Part shown: piece after piece, positions 11,202 through 22,600 of the stretch
How the letters are laid out: the number at the start of each line of letters is the position of its first letter
Position numbering within the stretch: position 1 is the first letter of the stretch
Source of the DNA: Guillardia theta CCMP2712
Taxonomy: Eukaryota > Protista > Cryptophyta
NCBI RefSeq assembly: GCF_000315625.1
Contig: NW_005434654.1
Location: 252,273-316,272, forward strand
Direction: 5' to 3'
DNA: 64,000 nt
The notes under the pieces: generated by a model
What the model was told of the DNA's origin: nothing
The model's input: the letters and a program-made list of their open reading frames with translations, nothing else
Database searches by the model: none
Program-made: the position numbers and the translations under genes

Positions 11202-13765
11202 ATGGTGGCTTTGGTGAGAAAGGGAAGCATGCTGAGAATCCCGCGCACTAGAGGACCTTTAGAAGTTGCTGTCTTGTCCGTCCTTCTTCTCCAATCCTTT
11301 GCGCCCTCCTACATCCCCATAGCTGACGGCAGCCAACAATTCACACCCTCAAATCCTGCAGCCGTGAAGTGGAGGTAACAAGATTTGTTGGGACTCTTCT
11401 GTATGTAATTAGCTTCTTACTTTTACATTTTTCCAGCTTTCTATTGTCTAATCCTGAGGAAAGCGACTTACGTCATGCATCGTATAAGCCTCGTGCAGAC
11501 TTCCTGCGATTGCGAGGAGGGTCTGGGTTCAGAATCGGTGGAGCGTGGGGCTCGCCAATAGAGTCGAGGATCTCTTCGGAGGAATTGAAGAAAAACATGC
11601 AGACATTGCTGGAGAAGAATCCGTCTGGAATCATGGGACGAGACCTGAGGAGGTTGTACAAAGAGGTCAGACTCCGAACCCTGCTATGACCCTGCGATGT
11701 TTCAATTGAGTTTCACGGCAGATGTTCTCAAGGGAATTGCCTCTATCTGACTTCAACGTTCAAAGACCCATCGAATTGATTGAGAAAGAACTTGCAGACA
11801 CCGTCTACTACACGCGTGAGGTATGGTCTCAGTCGGAAAGAAAACAGATTTTCAAGTTCTTGCAGGGCGATGGAGATGTGAAATATTTCTTGAAAAAGAA
11901 GACTTTGGACTCCGGGCCAAGCCCTCTCTGGCATTTGACATGTCATGGAGATGATAATTGCATTTCTGTCGTACCTGGAGACACCAGCTTTGAAGAAATG
12001 AAATTACAGGTGAGCAATTTACATACTGATCTCTGGATTTTGCGAATCTGATTTTGAATTTTTGTGAAGGCTTACTGGTCGATATGGTGCGGACAAAATG
12101 TTCAGCAGATACAAGAGAGAGAGAAAAAGATGGAGCAAGAAAGCAAGCAACGGTTTGACAGTTACCAAGCTTCTAAGAATGCTCAGGCCAACCAACAATC
12201 AAACTCGAATCCTTCAAATCCTTTTGGATCGAATCAAAATCCATTTGCATCTGCATTTGGACAACCACAGGCACAGAGCAGCATTTTTCCTGCATCAGGA
12301 AATTCGTTTGGCAATAGCTTAGGAGGAGGCCTTTTCGGTCAATCCAGCCAGCAGCAGCCTCAAAACCCAATGCAGCCACAGCAACAGTCCAGCATCCAGC
12401 CAATTTCAGGGTTCCTGACCAACACTCCATCAACAACTGCAAACAGTGGCAACAATTTGTTCTCGGGTGGAATATTTGGATCACAATCTCAGCCAGCAAT
12501 GCAAAAACAAGAGCCGCTGGTCCCTCAGGAGAATAGAAATGTGCAATCTGGATCTTTGTTTTCGTCGCCGCAACCTTTCCAACAGTCGAATTTGTTCGGA
12601 TCTTCCACCGCAGGCCAGAGTTCAATCTTTGGGAGCAACCCTCCTGCACCTGCGGCTCAGAATCCAACCGGAACATCTCTGTTTGGAGGTTCCCAGCAAC
12701 CGGGAGCATCAAACTCGTTGTTTGGTGGTACAAACCCGCCCCAGCCAACTACCACCGGAGGTCTCTTTGGGAGTAACAATGCTCTTGGAGGCGGAAGCGG
12801 TGGATTATTCGGAAACCCTGCCAACACAGCATCGCCAACTTCATCGGGCGGTTTGTTTGGGTCGACTATAAATGCCCCCAAACCACCGCAGACAAGCCTG
12901 TTTGGAAGTGGAAGTAGCAATTTATTCGGTCAAGGACCTCCTACAACCACGCAGAGCAACCTTTTCGGCGGTAGCGCACCGACTTCAGGTCTGTGGGCGA
13001 AACTTTGAAAAACTCGTCCTGATGTGAAAATCAAGGTGTTGGGAACACAGCCACTGGAACGTCTGGGGGATTGTTTGGCAGCACAAATCCTACGTCTTCC
13101 TCACTTTTCTCTTCACCAAATAGTAACTTGTTTGGAGGTGACCTTTTGCCAATTGTGTGCAATTGATAGTATCTCACTGACGCTGGATTTGCTTGCTCAT
13201 CGTGCAGGGTCGACACAATCAGGTGAGCAGATAGCACCTTTTGTCGTGCTTTTGTTGTGTATACATCGGTAATGCATGTGTAGGTGGAGGGCTCTTCGGC
13301 GGCAGCATGAATCCGCAGCAACAGCAACAGCAACAGCAACAGCCGCAGCAACCAACAGGATTGAGCGGAGGATTGTTTTCGAGTGGAGCCCAACCCTCAA
13401 CAACTGGGGGATTATTCGGAGGTCTCTCGCCTGCCCAGCAGAATTCACAGTCCTCCAGCTTCCTCGGTAACACTCCCTTCGGAGGAAATACGCAGGTACG
13501 AGCTCTATGCCGTGAAAGATTGATCTGATGCCGAGCTTAGCAGGGTGGCCTTGGTTCGATCTTTGGCTCCCAGCAGCCTCAGCAGCAGCAGCAGCAGCAG
13601 CAGAGCACACTGAGCCCTATTCCAAACGGTGCACAGGTCTGTACTCCCTGAATGATATCTATCCTGCGAGTGAAAGACCTTCAGGCTGGTGCTTTCGGCC
13701 AACAACAAAATCCCAATCCATGGAACCCAAATCCAACAAATCCTCCCTCCCCCTGGACCCGATAA
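11202..13765 (+). CDS. FG/GLFG-repeat nucleoporin-like protein with signal peptide, LRLRGG, LOTUS/OST-HTH domain and NUPL2/GLEBS-like motif
   Basis: Leader AVLSVLLLQSFA, then FLRLRGGSG. LLEKNPSGIMGRDLRRLYKE|MFSRELPLSDF...IELIEKELADTV resembles LOTUS. PLWHLTC...GDTSFEEMKLQAY follows. More than 20 GLFG/SLFG/NPFG repeats. Stop at 13763-13765. Confidence 0.75.
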
Positions 13766-14009
13766 GATGGGATGTTTAGATCATGAATGTCGCGGAAGTT
13801 ATGGCTCGCTGAAGAACTTGTAGGAATGTGACAAACTGACAAGCAATACTTGAATGAATCTGTCTATCATGCTTGCCAATTCGTTCAGCTGCAAACCGAA
13901 TGACAGTACTTTTCCGATTGCGGATAGAGAGCAGTTGACCGTACCTGTGACCGACTGCGATCCTAGAAACGATGCTTTCAAGTTCCACAGCCGCGTGACT
14001 GACCGTGAA

Positions 14010-14610
14010 GGATCACAGATCAGGCTCATCACTGAGTCACCAGGATCGGACCGTTAGCCATAGATCACGGGGGAGCCAGTCACTGCACAGTGTCAGGGCC
14101 CTCTCTGCTTTCAAGTTTTAACCTGAGTAGCCCAATCGGATCAGATCCGACGGTCCGGCGGGCGCCGGCCCGGAGGATCCGATAAAAACATTCATCAGTT
14201 ACTTAGTTACCGTCCGGCCCGGGGGCGGGCCTAACCCGGTGACTGACCGTACAGGCTCAGGCTCGCTGTCTTTTCTCTTCTCGCCGTATGGCCTGTGCGC
14301 CGGACAGTGTCAGGGTCAAGCCTCTCAGTCCACTCACGGGGGCATGCCATTGTCCACGCACTGATTTTTAATTTGCTTACTAAGTTACCTTCAAGTTGAG
14401 TAAAGCATTCGAAGCCCAAGGCTCGCTCCCGTTGAACCATACAAAGTTGAATTCGAAAATCCGGCCCGACGGTCCGACTCGGCATAACTTACCGTGCCGC
14501 GGCGAGTCCCAGGCCGGCACCCGGCCGCGTCCGGGCGGCGGCGCGGCCGGCCCGTTTAAGCCTGAAGTTCGACCGGGCCCGGCCCACTGCCGGGCCCGCC
14601 GGACGATTAG
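14010..14610. other. GC-rich palindrome-rich intergenic island
   Basis: Dense CCGG/GGCC/TGAC words; hairpin TCGGATC-A-GATCCGA at 14136-14150. Lies directly upstream of the + gene at 14640. Confidence 0.6.
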
Positions 14611-14639
14611 ATTTATGAAATTTGAGGCGTTTGGCGGGA

Positions 14640-17600
14640 ATGCTGGGATGGGTGCATCGGCTGCGGGGGACGCGAGAGCGAGCGGAAGACGAGGTGCAGC
14701 TGACGGAGCTGCAGAGGAGAGAGGAAGAGGAAGACGCCCTCTACGATGACCATGAGAGCGCAAGAGCCTCTGGATCTCATGCAGAGGACGCGCCGCTGGA
14801 TGGACACGGGATGGATCGGGGTGGCAATACAAACGACTTTGTCAGTGACAACGCGCTTGCAGGAACAGATTGGCAGCTCAAGATGGGGGGATTGTGTTTC
14901 GCTACTCTTTCTTTGAGGCACTTTGTGCCGCTGTTTGTAGTCTATTCATTCTTCAAAGGTCCTGTCGCTACTGGGCCCTTTCTCTTCAGAAGCACTTTTG
15001 GTCTGATGTGTGGCCTTCTGTTACTGAAAATCCGATCAGGAGGCTTCAAGTACTGCAGCTCTCTTCGTGCTGTCTGTCTGTGCCTATGCATAGTGTTCGA
15101 CTTGGTATTTGCAATCGTGATGATGAACTTCACTGTGATGGTAATGGACGCTCTGTTGAGGGAAACGAGCCCGTCTAGGGAGGTCAACATTTACTGGCAG
15201 GGGACTTACTACTTCTTCTCTTTCGTCTCTGTTTTGGATGTTCTCCTTGCTCCGCTTCCAGCAATATTCCTTCTTCGAGCGCTACACACCTCACGGTACA
15301 GCTACTGGCAACCCAAACGCGATGAGGGGTTTCGAAGGCTGCTCAATGCCTTTCTCGTCCGTCCTTCTCTCCTTCCCGATCGTCACTCTGTATCTGCTCT
15401 CAGACTCTTAACTCCTATCTGCCTCTTATTTTTCATCGTAGCTGCAGTGATATCCCTAATGGTTGGTGCTGTCTTTCTTGGAGTTTTCGGAAGTTGGATT
15501 CCAGGTCAACGCTGCGACACTACTACCATGGGGGACGCTAACTGCTATGTTCTGGACGGTGCATGCGACATGATCGATCCTTCTGAATGTTTGTTTCCTT
15601 TTCCATCATCTTTCTTCATGCGTCCAGACTCGGAATCCTCAACAGGCTGGAAAGTCCGTATCCCCATTGAATCATCCCTGCCTCTGAACAGCGGGGGCCG
15701 CGTCACGCTAGATCTTGATGCATGGAATGTATTGGATGGTTTCTCTATTCTTGCTCCAATGCTCTTTAGACTTGGAGACGGAAAAATTGATGTAGACCGC
15801 AAAAGTTTGCGGCCTGACAATAAGGTTTCAGAGCGCCCGGAGGACTCCATCCCGTTCTCAGTCAACTTGGCAGAAAGCCACACATTACTGATCGACGTCG
15901 AAACGGCACGGCCTGTACCGCACTTTGTTGAGCTTGATTTTGCCTTGAAGGAAGAGGGATTTGGCTACGTTTTGATACTTCAGCCGGCTGCTCCGCTTCG
16001 CTATTCAGCTCATTACGTTGTCGCAGTACGACGGCTGCGCAACGTGAAGGATGGCCAGTTGATCCAGCCATCCACCACGTTTACGGCTCTTCGAGATGGT
16101 TCAGGAGACCCACAACGGCAAGCAGTATTCGAAGATACGGTAATAATTGCCAAAGTATGCATATTGCGAAGTGACGGAACATGCTGTAGGTTTTCGGCAC
16201 CCTAGCAAGAGTTGGGTGGCAGAGGCAAGAGCTGCAGATTGCTTGGGATTTTCGTACAGGGTCATGGGAAGGGTCTGAAGGCAGGGCGAGACACATGGTA
16301 CTCGATTCGCTGGAGCAGATGCGTTCTTCCTTCTTCATCCCCAAGTTTGAAGTCCAGGACGTCGTGGCAGAGCAATGTGATGCCGTCATCAGCAGGGGCA
16401 GACAAGTTTGGGGCAGAATGAAGATCCCGAGCTACACGAGTCAACCAGGTCCAGGTCATGATCTTTTCACGATTTTTAAAGGAGGTGTACCTATCCGTTC
16501 TGGCGACGTTGATGTCCAGTTTGCTTCATTGATTCCCTGTAGCGTGCTCAAGAGGAAGAAATCTGAATTCATCCTCAATTATGGTCACGGGATCTTGGGC
16601 ACTCGTGCTGAAGCTGTCCAGCAGCGATGGTTGGAAGGTCTCGCAAATCGCACTAATTCCATCTTGTTTGCCGTCGATTTTGCAGGTGGGGTGGAACCCG
16701 ACGATTGCCATCGAAAATCCTGACTTGAACCGGCAGGCATGTCCAAGTTCGACCTTCCGATCGTCTTTAAGATCTTGCTGAGTGACCTCAGCGCCTTCAA
16801 GGTGGTTCCAGCACAGCTGATGCAGAGCTTCGTCAACGGAGCCTGCGGGATATGGTACTTGCGCAACTTGCTGCGAACGAACGCTGCCTTCAAGTCAGCA
16901 GGCTCCGAGACCATCAGCAGCTCAACTCCTGCGTACTTTTACGGGGTCTCTATGGGCGGTGTGCTGGGTGCTGGATACACGCTCTCCTCTCCCTACTTGA
17001 CAAGATCAGTCTTGAGCGTTCCAGGAACTCCCCTTGCTCTGCTACTCATGAGAAGTCTGGACTTCAAGAGCTACTTGAAGATCCTCAAGATCCAGGTTTT
17101 ACGGCCAACTCACCTTCGGCTTGCGCTGTCTCTCATGCAACAGGTATGAATGATTCTTGTTGAGGACTGAGAGACTTATGCTCTTCCCCTGTCTCTTTGA
17201 CAGCTCTGGGACCCAGGAGAGTCATCAGGCTGGCTGAGCCACAACGAGTCCTTTGCTGGGAAACGCTTCCTAATTCAGGCCGCAGAGGGCGATGCGCAGG
17301 TTTCAATCATCGGAGCTGACATCCTCGCACGTGCGCTGGGAGCTGTTAGATTCCCGTCTCCCCATCACAAATACGGCATATCGGAGATTGCACCAGCAGA
17401 GGATGGATACCTCACGGGCGGCAGTGCTCGGGCCCTCTTCACCGAGTTTTACTTTGATGGAGTGAAGCCGCAGCCGCAGCTAAATCTGCCGGCAGCGGAG
17501 GAGACGGACCCACATGAGCTTCCTCGTCGAGACGGCAGAGGACTCAGACAGGTACAACCAGTGGACAAGGTCGCCCCTGGCTGACGTACAGACTACAGGT

Positions 17601-17688
17601 CGCGGCTTTCCTTGAAACGGGTAGGTTCTTGCAGACATGTAGTGCCGACGGCTGCGTTGGACCCTTTCAGCCGATGTCGGCACTGTGA
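14640..17688 (+). CDS. Multi-pass membrane protein fused to a bacterial-type alpha/beta hydrolase (lipase-like)
   Basis: About five hydrophobic helices, then CLFPFPSSFF..D..S.TG and LDGFS. Oxyanion-region YGHGILG, nucleophile elbow YGVSMGG, EGDAQV and DPHELPR give a candidate Ser-Asp-His triad. Stop at 17686-17688. Confidence 0.8.
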
Positions 17689-17864
17689 CCAAAAGCCCTG
17701 AGAGTGCTTCAAAGGAACGGATTGGCCGTCTTGTGTGATCTGCTGTAAACTAGAGTGAGGCGCGAGGTGTGCGGGTTAAAAGTGTGAGAGGCATACTGAT
17801 GGGGAGGGAAAACTTTTCTAGACAACACATGAAACCGGGAAAATCATCTTGAGAGGAGAAGTCA

Positions 17865-18416
17865 CTACAAAAGATCCTCCGAAAGAGCTGTTGCCACGTA
17901 GCAGGCGGTCCAAAACCCAAGGATCACGTAAGCTCCGTTGAGATAGTGTACATCCAGGCTCAAGAGAAGCATGGCACACCACACTGTCATCACCGATGCC
18001 ACGTACTGGGGATGCCTCAAGGAAAACTTGCCTCCGTAGGGCCACTCATGCGACCATGGTACCTTCTTGCCGTACTTCACTCCGTAATAGATTCCATTTA
18101 ACCCTAGAGCCTTGTAGCATGCTACGTTGAGGAACTGTCCAGCACAGAAGAGTACAACTGCAAATGCTCTGTAGAGGTTAAAAGTCCACGTCTCCCACCA
18201 TAGCCTCCCACTACCACCTTCCACCTTCCAAAGCCACAACAGCACTGCAATCGCCTGTATCCCTTTCATTGCTACCATCCACCAGGCCATCTCCCTGCAA
18301 GGATCCCTTCCTATCCTCTTGCATCGTCTCAACCATATCTCTGGTCGGGTCCACATGATGAGGTATACGACATGCGGTACCGCTATGGCAGCGCAAGCGG
18401 CTGCCGTCCCTGCCAT
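17865..18416 (-). CDS. PLMT: Phospholipid N-methyltransferase (PEMT/PLMT family), intronless
   Basis: GQFLNVACYKALGLNGIYYGVKYGKKVPWSHEWPY...LRHPQYVAS matches the plant-type PLMT/PEMT pattern; 183 aa, hydrophobic. Confidence 0.85.
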   Translation of the reverse strand: MAGTAAACAAIAVPHVVYLIMWTRPEIWLRRCKRIGRDPCREMAWWMVAMKGIQAIAVLLWLWKVEGGSGRLWWETWTFNLYRAFAVVLFCAGQFLNVACYKALGLNGIYYGVKYGKKVPWSHEWPYGGKFSLRHPQYVASVMTVWCAMLLLSLDVHYLNGAYVILGFWTACYVATALSEDLL

Positions 18417-19248
18417 TGCGGCTACTCGGTCTTATCCGTTACGATATCGTTATGACAAGGAACTTCGATGCAAGGTGGTCACATAGGGGATGCGGTCAGT
18501 GAATTGATGAGTTCTTGAAATAATTCAAATCAACACATAATAGTTTCAAATTTTGGAGTAAATAATGAGAATCACTTGGCCCGTCAGTCCACTGTGAAGA
18601 CATTGTTGTATGGCCGAAGATAGTGGGTGGGAGGAGGAGGATGAGGAGGATGAGGAGGATGAGGAGGATGGGGAGGGGAGAGGTTGAGAGAGCAGAGTAC
18701 AACGGAGATGTCGAAGTTGATGAAGAGGACTGGCAGGGCATCCAACGAAGGGGAAGGAGGAAGGCAACTTTAAAGGGGTAAGGATCCGGGCGAGGAGAGG
18801 ACAAGAAAATCTTGAGTGTGTACTTATCAGCTCGTGAAGAGGGTACCAGAATTTTATGCACATTTGTGGAGCTAGAAGACTTTGTAGAGGAGGACTTGCG
18901 GATTAGAAAGGAAGAGACATATGATCGAGCATGGTTAGGAACGAAACCTGTTGTTCTACCTTTGAGCTGTTTCTAGCTTTTCTTCATGAGCAGAGCTATC
19001 CCGAAGCAAAATTGTTAAAAGCTGAGCATGTTCTACAGCACCATTGGAATCGAAATAGTAGAATGATGCAGGGCACGCGAACGTTAGACGAGCCGATAAG
19101 TAGGCAATGCTAAGACATTCATTGGGAGTGACAGAAAGACGTTTTGCTGTTCATTGACATCTTGTCCATAGGAATGGGGGCAATGCCATAGGATCATTGA
19201 TTCTTACTCTGTTCTCCCTGGCCTGTCTACATTGTTCGAAGGGAAACC

Positions 19249-21241
19249 ATGGCAGATAGTTTGCGATCTTGCTCGTTTGTGATGTCCTTGAGATTCCTTT
19301 GTTTTTGGGCGCTCATGGTCTCAACAACAACAGTACAATTTTCTTTCGCAGACAGCGCTGTCATTCAAACATCGACATCGAACTACAATAAAAACCTCGC
19401 AGCATTCACCTGGCAGCAGGTCTGCGCCAGACGGATGCCGTCAGTGCGATCACGAGGGACAGTGACGTGCGGTCTTCGAGACAACATCGCTCGCGGCATT
19501 TCTCGTCGCCTCGACTCCTTCAAGAGCGTCACAAAGCGATTGAATCCCTTCGGGTCGTCGGACAAGGAAGCGGTCCGCCAGCAGTGGCAGGAGGGTCTTC
19601 AGTCCAGAAGGACCTCGGAGCCCCTTGTGAGCAAGCCGGTGGAGCAGAGCGAAGGCAGACAGAGTGTTCCCACGATCAAAACCAACCCAGAAAGATCGAC
19701 AAAAACTCTGTCTGTTGCTGCTGAGAAGAACTTCGATGTCCTCTCGATCGAAGATGACGAGACAGAGCGCAAAGCCAGGGAAGAAGCAGCAGCAGCAGAC
19801 ATGGCGAGAATTCTTGGCAAGAAGTTGATGGCGCAAAGAGAGAATGACCTCAAAGCTGCTGAAGCTGCTCGAATCGAGGCGAAACAGCGAATGGTGAGAA
19901 CTGATGTATAGAACCCATTTTTTGATATTCTTCTCTGGAAGGAACGTGTAAGATTCCTCCAAAGGGAAGCGTCAAAAACGTTGGGCAAAGATCAAGCGGA
20001 GGCTGTCTTTTCGGTAATAGATTCTAATTTGTTGGATATGATGATTCTCACATGACTTTCAACAGGGAATCAAGAGAAATAACAACGGGACTACAAATAT
20101 CTCAACCATTCAAACTCCATCATCCACAGTAAAGGTTCCGATCATCTTTCTCTTTGCAAAGATCTGAAATTCTTTCTATCAGCTCAGCAAATTGAATGTC
20201 TTTCGTGCCGTTAAGGAATCAAACACGAATACGGTGAGCTGTTTGAATCCTTTTTCGGTTTACAAGGCCTTCTCATCGCGATTCAGGACAACGAGGAGGA
20301 AAACTTTTCTTCTTCTCCTTCTTACAGCAGTCCAAGCAGTCCCAGCGTCTTGAGAAGCACGCCCCTCTCTTCAAGTGCACAAGGTTGGTCGGAGCAGTCG
20401 GAAGAAGCGACGCAAGCAAAGCCGCGGGGTTCCTGGGGCCCTTCTAGATACATCACTCGGAGATATGAGAACCTCGACCCCAAAGCCGGTATGTCATCTC
20501 CTCATGACATCGCAAGATTATGACATGTTGTGCGTACAGTGAAGGTACAAGGAAGACACCTCGGTCCTCGTGCAGACGAAGAGGAGGAGACGGCAGAAGG
20601 CGGAGAGACATCTAAGAGTAAATGACACGTCACGATTGCCCCTCACTGACAGGGAGGTTGGCGACAGGTGACACTGAGAGCATTGAAGACAAGGAGAAGA
20701 CCATTGATATGTCGGCGGCTCCTGCTCTGGAGGCAACTGCCCAAGATCTCGTTCCTTCCGATATAGGTTGCATCGCAGAACAACAAGACGTTCTCACTGA
20801 CCCATGAACAGTGAAAACAGAGGAAAAAGACATGACTGCTACTTCAGCCCGAACTCTTGCCAACTCGATGAATCGTCTGCAATCTCAGAGCAAGCCACAG
20901 CAATCGCGGTGGAAGGTTGTGGCTACCAAAGGCGTCGATCTCCATGCAGATGCAGAGGGGACGGCAGACATTGTGGGTCACCTCAAGAGGTACGCTCTCA
21001 ACTCTGCTCAGCTCTATTCCTCTCTACACGCTGATGGCTCTTTTCACGTCTACTTGCTTGCAGTTACGCGCTCGTCACGGTGGAGCAAGAAAAGGAAGGC
21101 TGGCTCTACATCCGAAGCCCGATGGTACCAAGAAGGTAGAAGTTTGAGAGTCTGATTGCTGCGCAGATTGGCTGGGCGAAAATGAGGAACGAAAGGGGTT
21201 TACCGCAGTTCATACGCCTGGGAAAAACACTGAAGGGATAA
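19249..21241 (+). CDS. Probable plastid-targeted protein with coiled coil and C-terminal bacterial SH3 (SH3b)-like domain
   Basis: Hydrophobic leader and AAF motif followed by an R/S-rich transit-like stretch. C-terminal exons WKVVATKGVDLHADAEGTADIVGHLK..ALVTVEQEKEGWLYIR...IGWAK. Confidence 0.55.
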
Positions 21242-21378
21242 CACGATGGATTTAGAGAACAGAACCACTGTCAGCACATTGTAGACTAAGAATGTTGTCA
21301 TTGAATTGATTTAACTACCACAATCGTGTATAAAGTGTGCAAGCATTGTTGCTTTTGTTGGATTTGAATCCTTCATAC

Positions 21379-21864
21379 TTAGGAGCGAATTACTTTCTTG
21401 GAGCTTGCTTTGTACATCTCATTCTTCTGCGAGAGAAGCTTCAGAACAGTCTCAATGTTCTTCCTGCGAAGAGAAAACGTCAGCGAGAATAAAGAGCTGC
21501 TATGACAATCTCAAACTCACTTGTTCTTGAACATATCTCCTTCCCCAATGCGCGACACGCTCAGTCCTTTGACCGTCACTCCGTCTCCACTGCTGATCAC
21601 CGTGAATGCGATATCGTCAACAAACTTCATGAGAGGACTGGTGCAGGTCCCGACAACGAGCAAAGCGTTGGGGTCTACCACCGAGTTCAGGTAGGCATGC
21701 TTGATGTCATGCTTATCTCCAGGACGTTTGAAGAGCGAGTCAGCGTTGTCCATGAGCGCATAATGCTTGGTGCTCTTGATGATCTCTCGGATGGCGTCTG
21801 CCACCTCCTCTCTGCTCCCCTTCATCGTCGCCTCCACCTCATACACATGCGTCAACCACCCCAT
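21379..21864 (-). CDS. DUF1499-family protein (2 exons)
   Basis: TSPLMKFVDDIAF...VKGLSVSRIGEGDMFKNKKNI matches the FxDD...SxSRxGxxDxxxN signature. Second exon ends KKVIRS*. Confidence 0.75.
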
Positions 21865-21979
21865 GGCGCGGCGGAGCCTTTATGAGAGGGGGCAGTTTTT
21901 CTTTAGTTGGTAGACCCGGAGTCGCCTGAATTTATCGCCTTTCAAAGTTTTAAAACCCGAGTCGTAACTTTCAGCCCTC

Positions 21980-22600
21980 CGAGGGTACTCAGGCCAGGCT
22001 CGCCGCCCGGCCCGGCCGGACCTCGGACCCGGCCGTCAGGCTAGCCCGGGCCGCATCACTGATACCAAGGCAGATACTGACTAGTACCCGGGGACCGTAC
22101 GGCGGTAGTACAGTACCCGGGGCCTCTCCATTGCCGCCGCCGGTCCCGGCCCCGGGCGGCTCAGGCCGGCTGAGTCCCTCATCCCCGCTCAGTCGTCCGA
22201 GTGGCGACGAGTGGCTGGGCGCCCGGCCGGGCCGGACCGTACCGTACAGTACGGTACTACACGGTGGCGCGGCCGGGCCGACTGAGACGGCCGGACTGGC
22301 CGGGCCGAACGGTCACCGGGGCGCACTGCCGCACTGAGTCGCGGCCGGGCCGGGCCGGCGGTTATCAGTTATCCCGGAGTCCGTCTAAAGGGATTCCCAA
22401 CCTTTCAGGGCCGCTCCGACCTCACCGTCGGAGCTCAGAACTGCGCCGGCTTGCCAGCGGCCCGGGCTTTTACGGTGCCACCGTGAGTGACTCGATCATG
22501 ATCGGACTCACGGTGAATGGCCGAGGGTATGAGGGCTGATATTCACGGAAGGAGAAGAGAACACTAGGCTGGGGCCCCTGGGGAGTCCGAGACTGAGACT
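21980..22600. other. GC-rich palindrome-rich intergenic island
   Basis: GTACCGTAC-A-GTACGGTAC (22239-22257), GATCATGATC, and many CCGGCCGG units. Confidence 0.7.

Noticed and set aside
12064-13765. Calling the GLFG protein NUP98
   Set aside because: No C-terminal autoproteolytic/Nup96 region; the gene stops at 13765 and has a non-canonical N-terminus.
18496-19113. Small ORFs between PLMT and the SH3b-like gene
   Set aside because: Low complexity (GAGGAGGAT repeat) in a probable divergent promoter region.
21980-22600. Possible CRISPR array or MITE
   Set aside because: No fixed-length direct repeats with spacers, no clear terminal inverted repeats or target-site duplication, and the islands do not align end to end.
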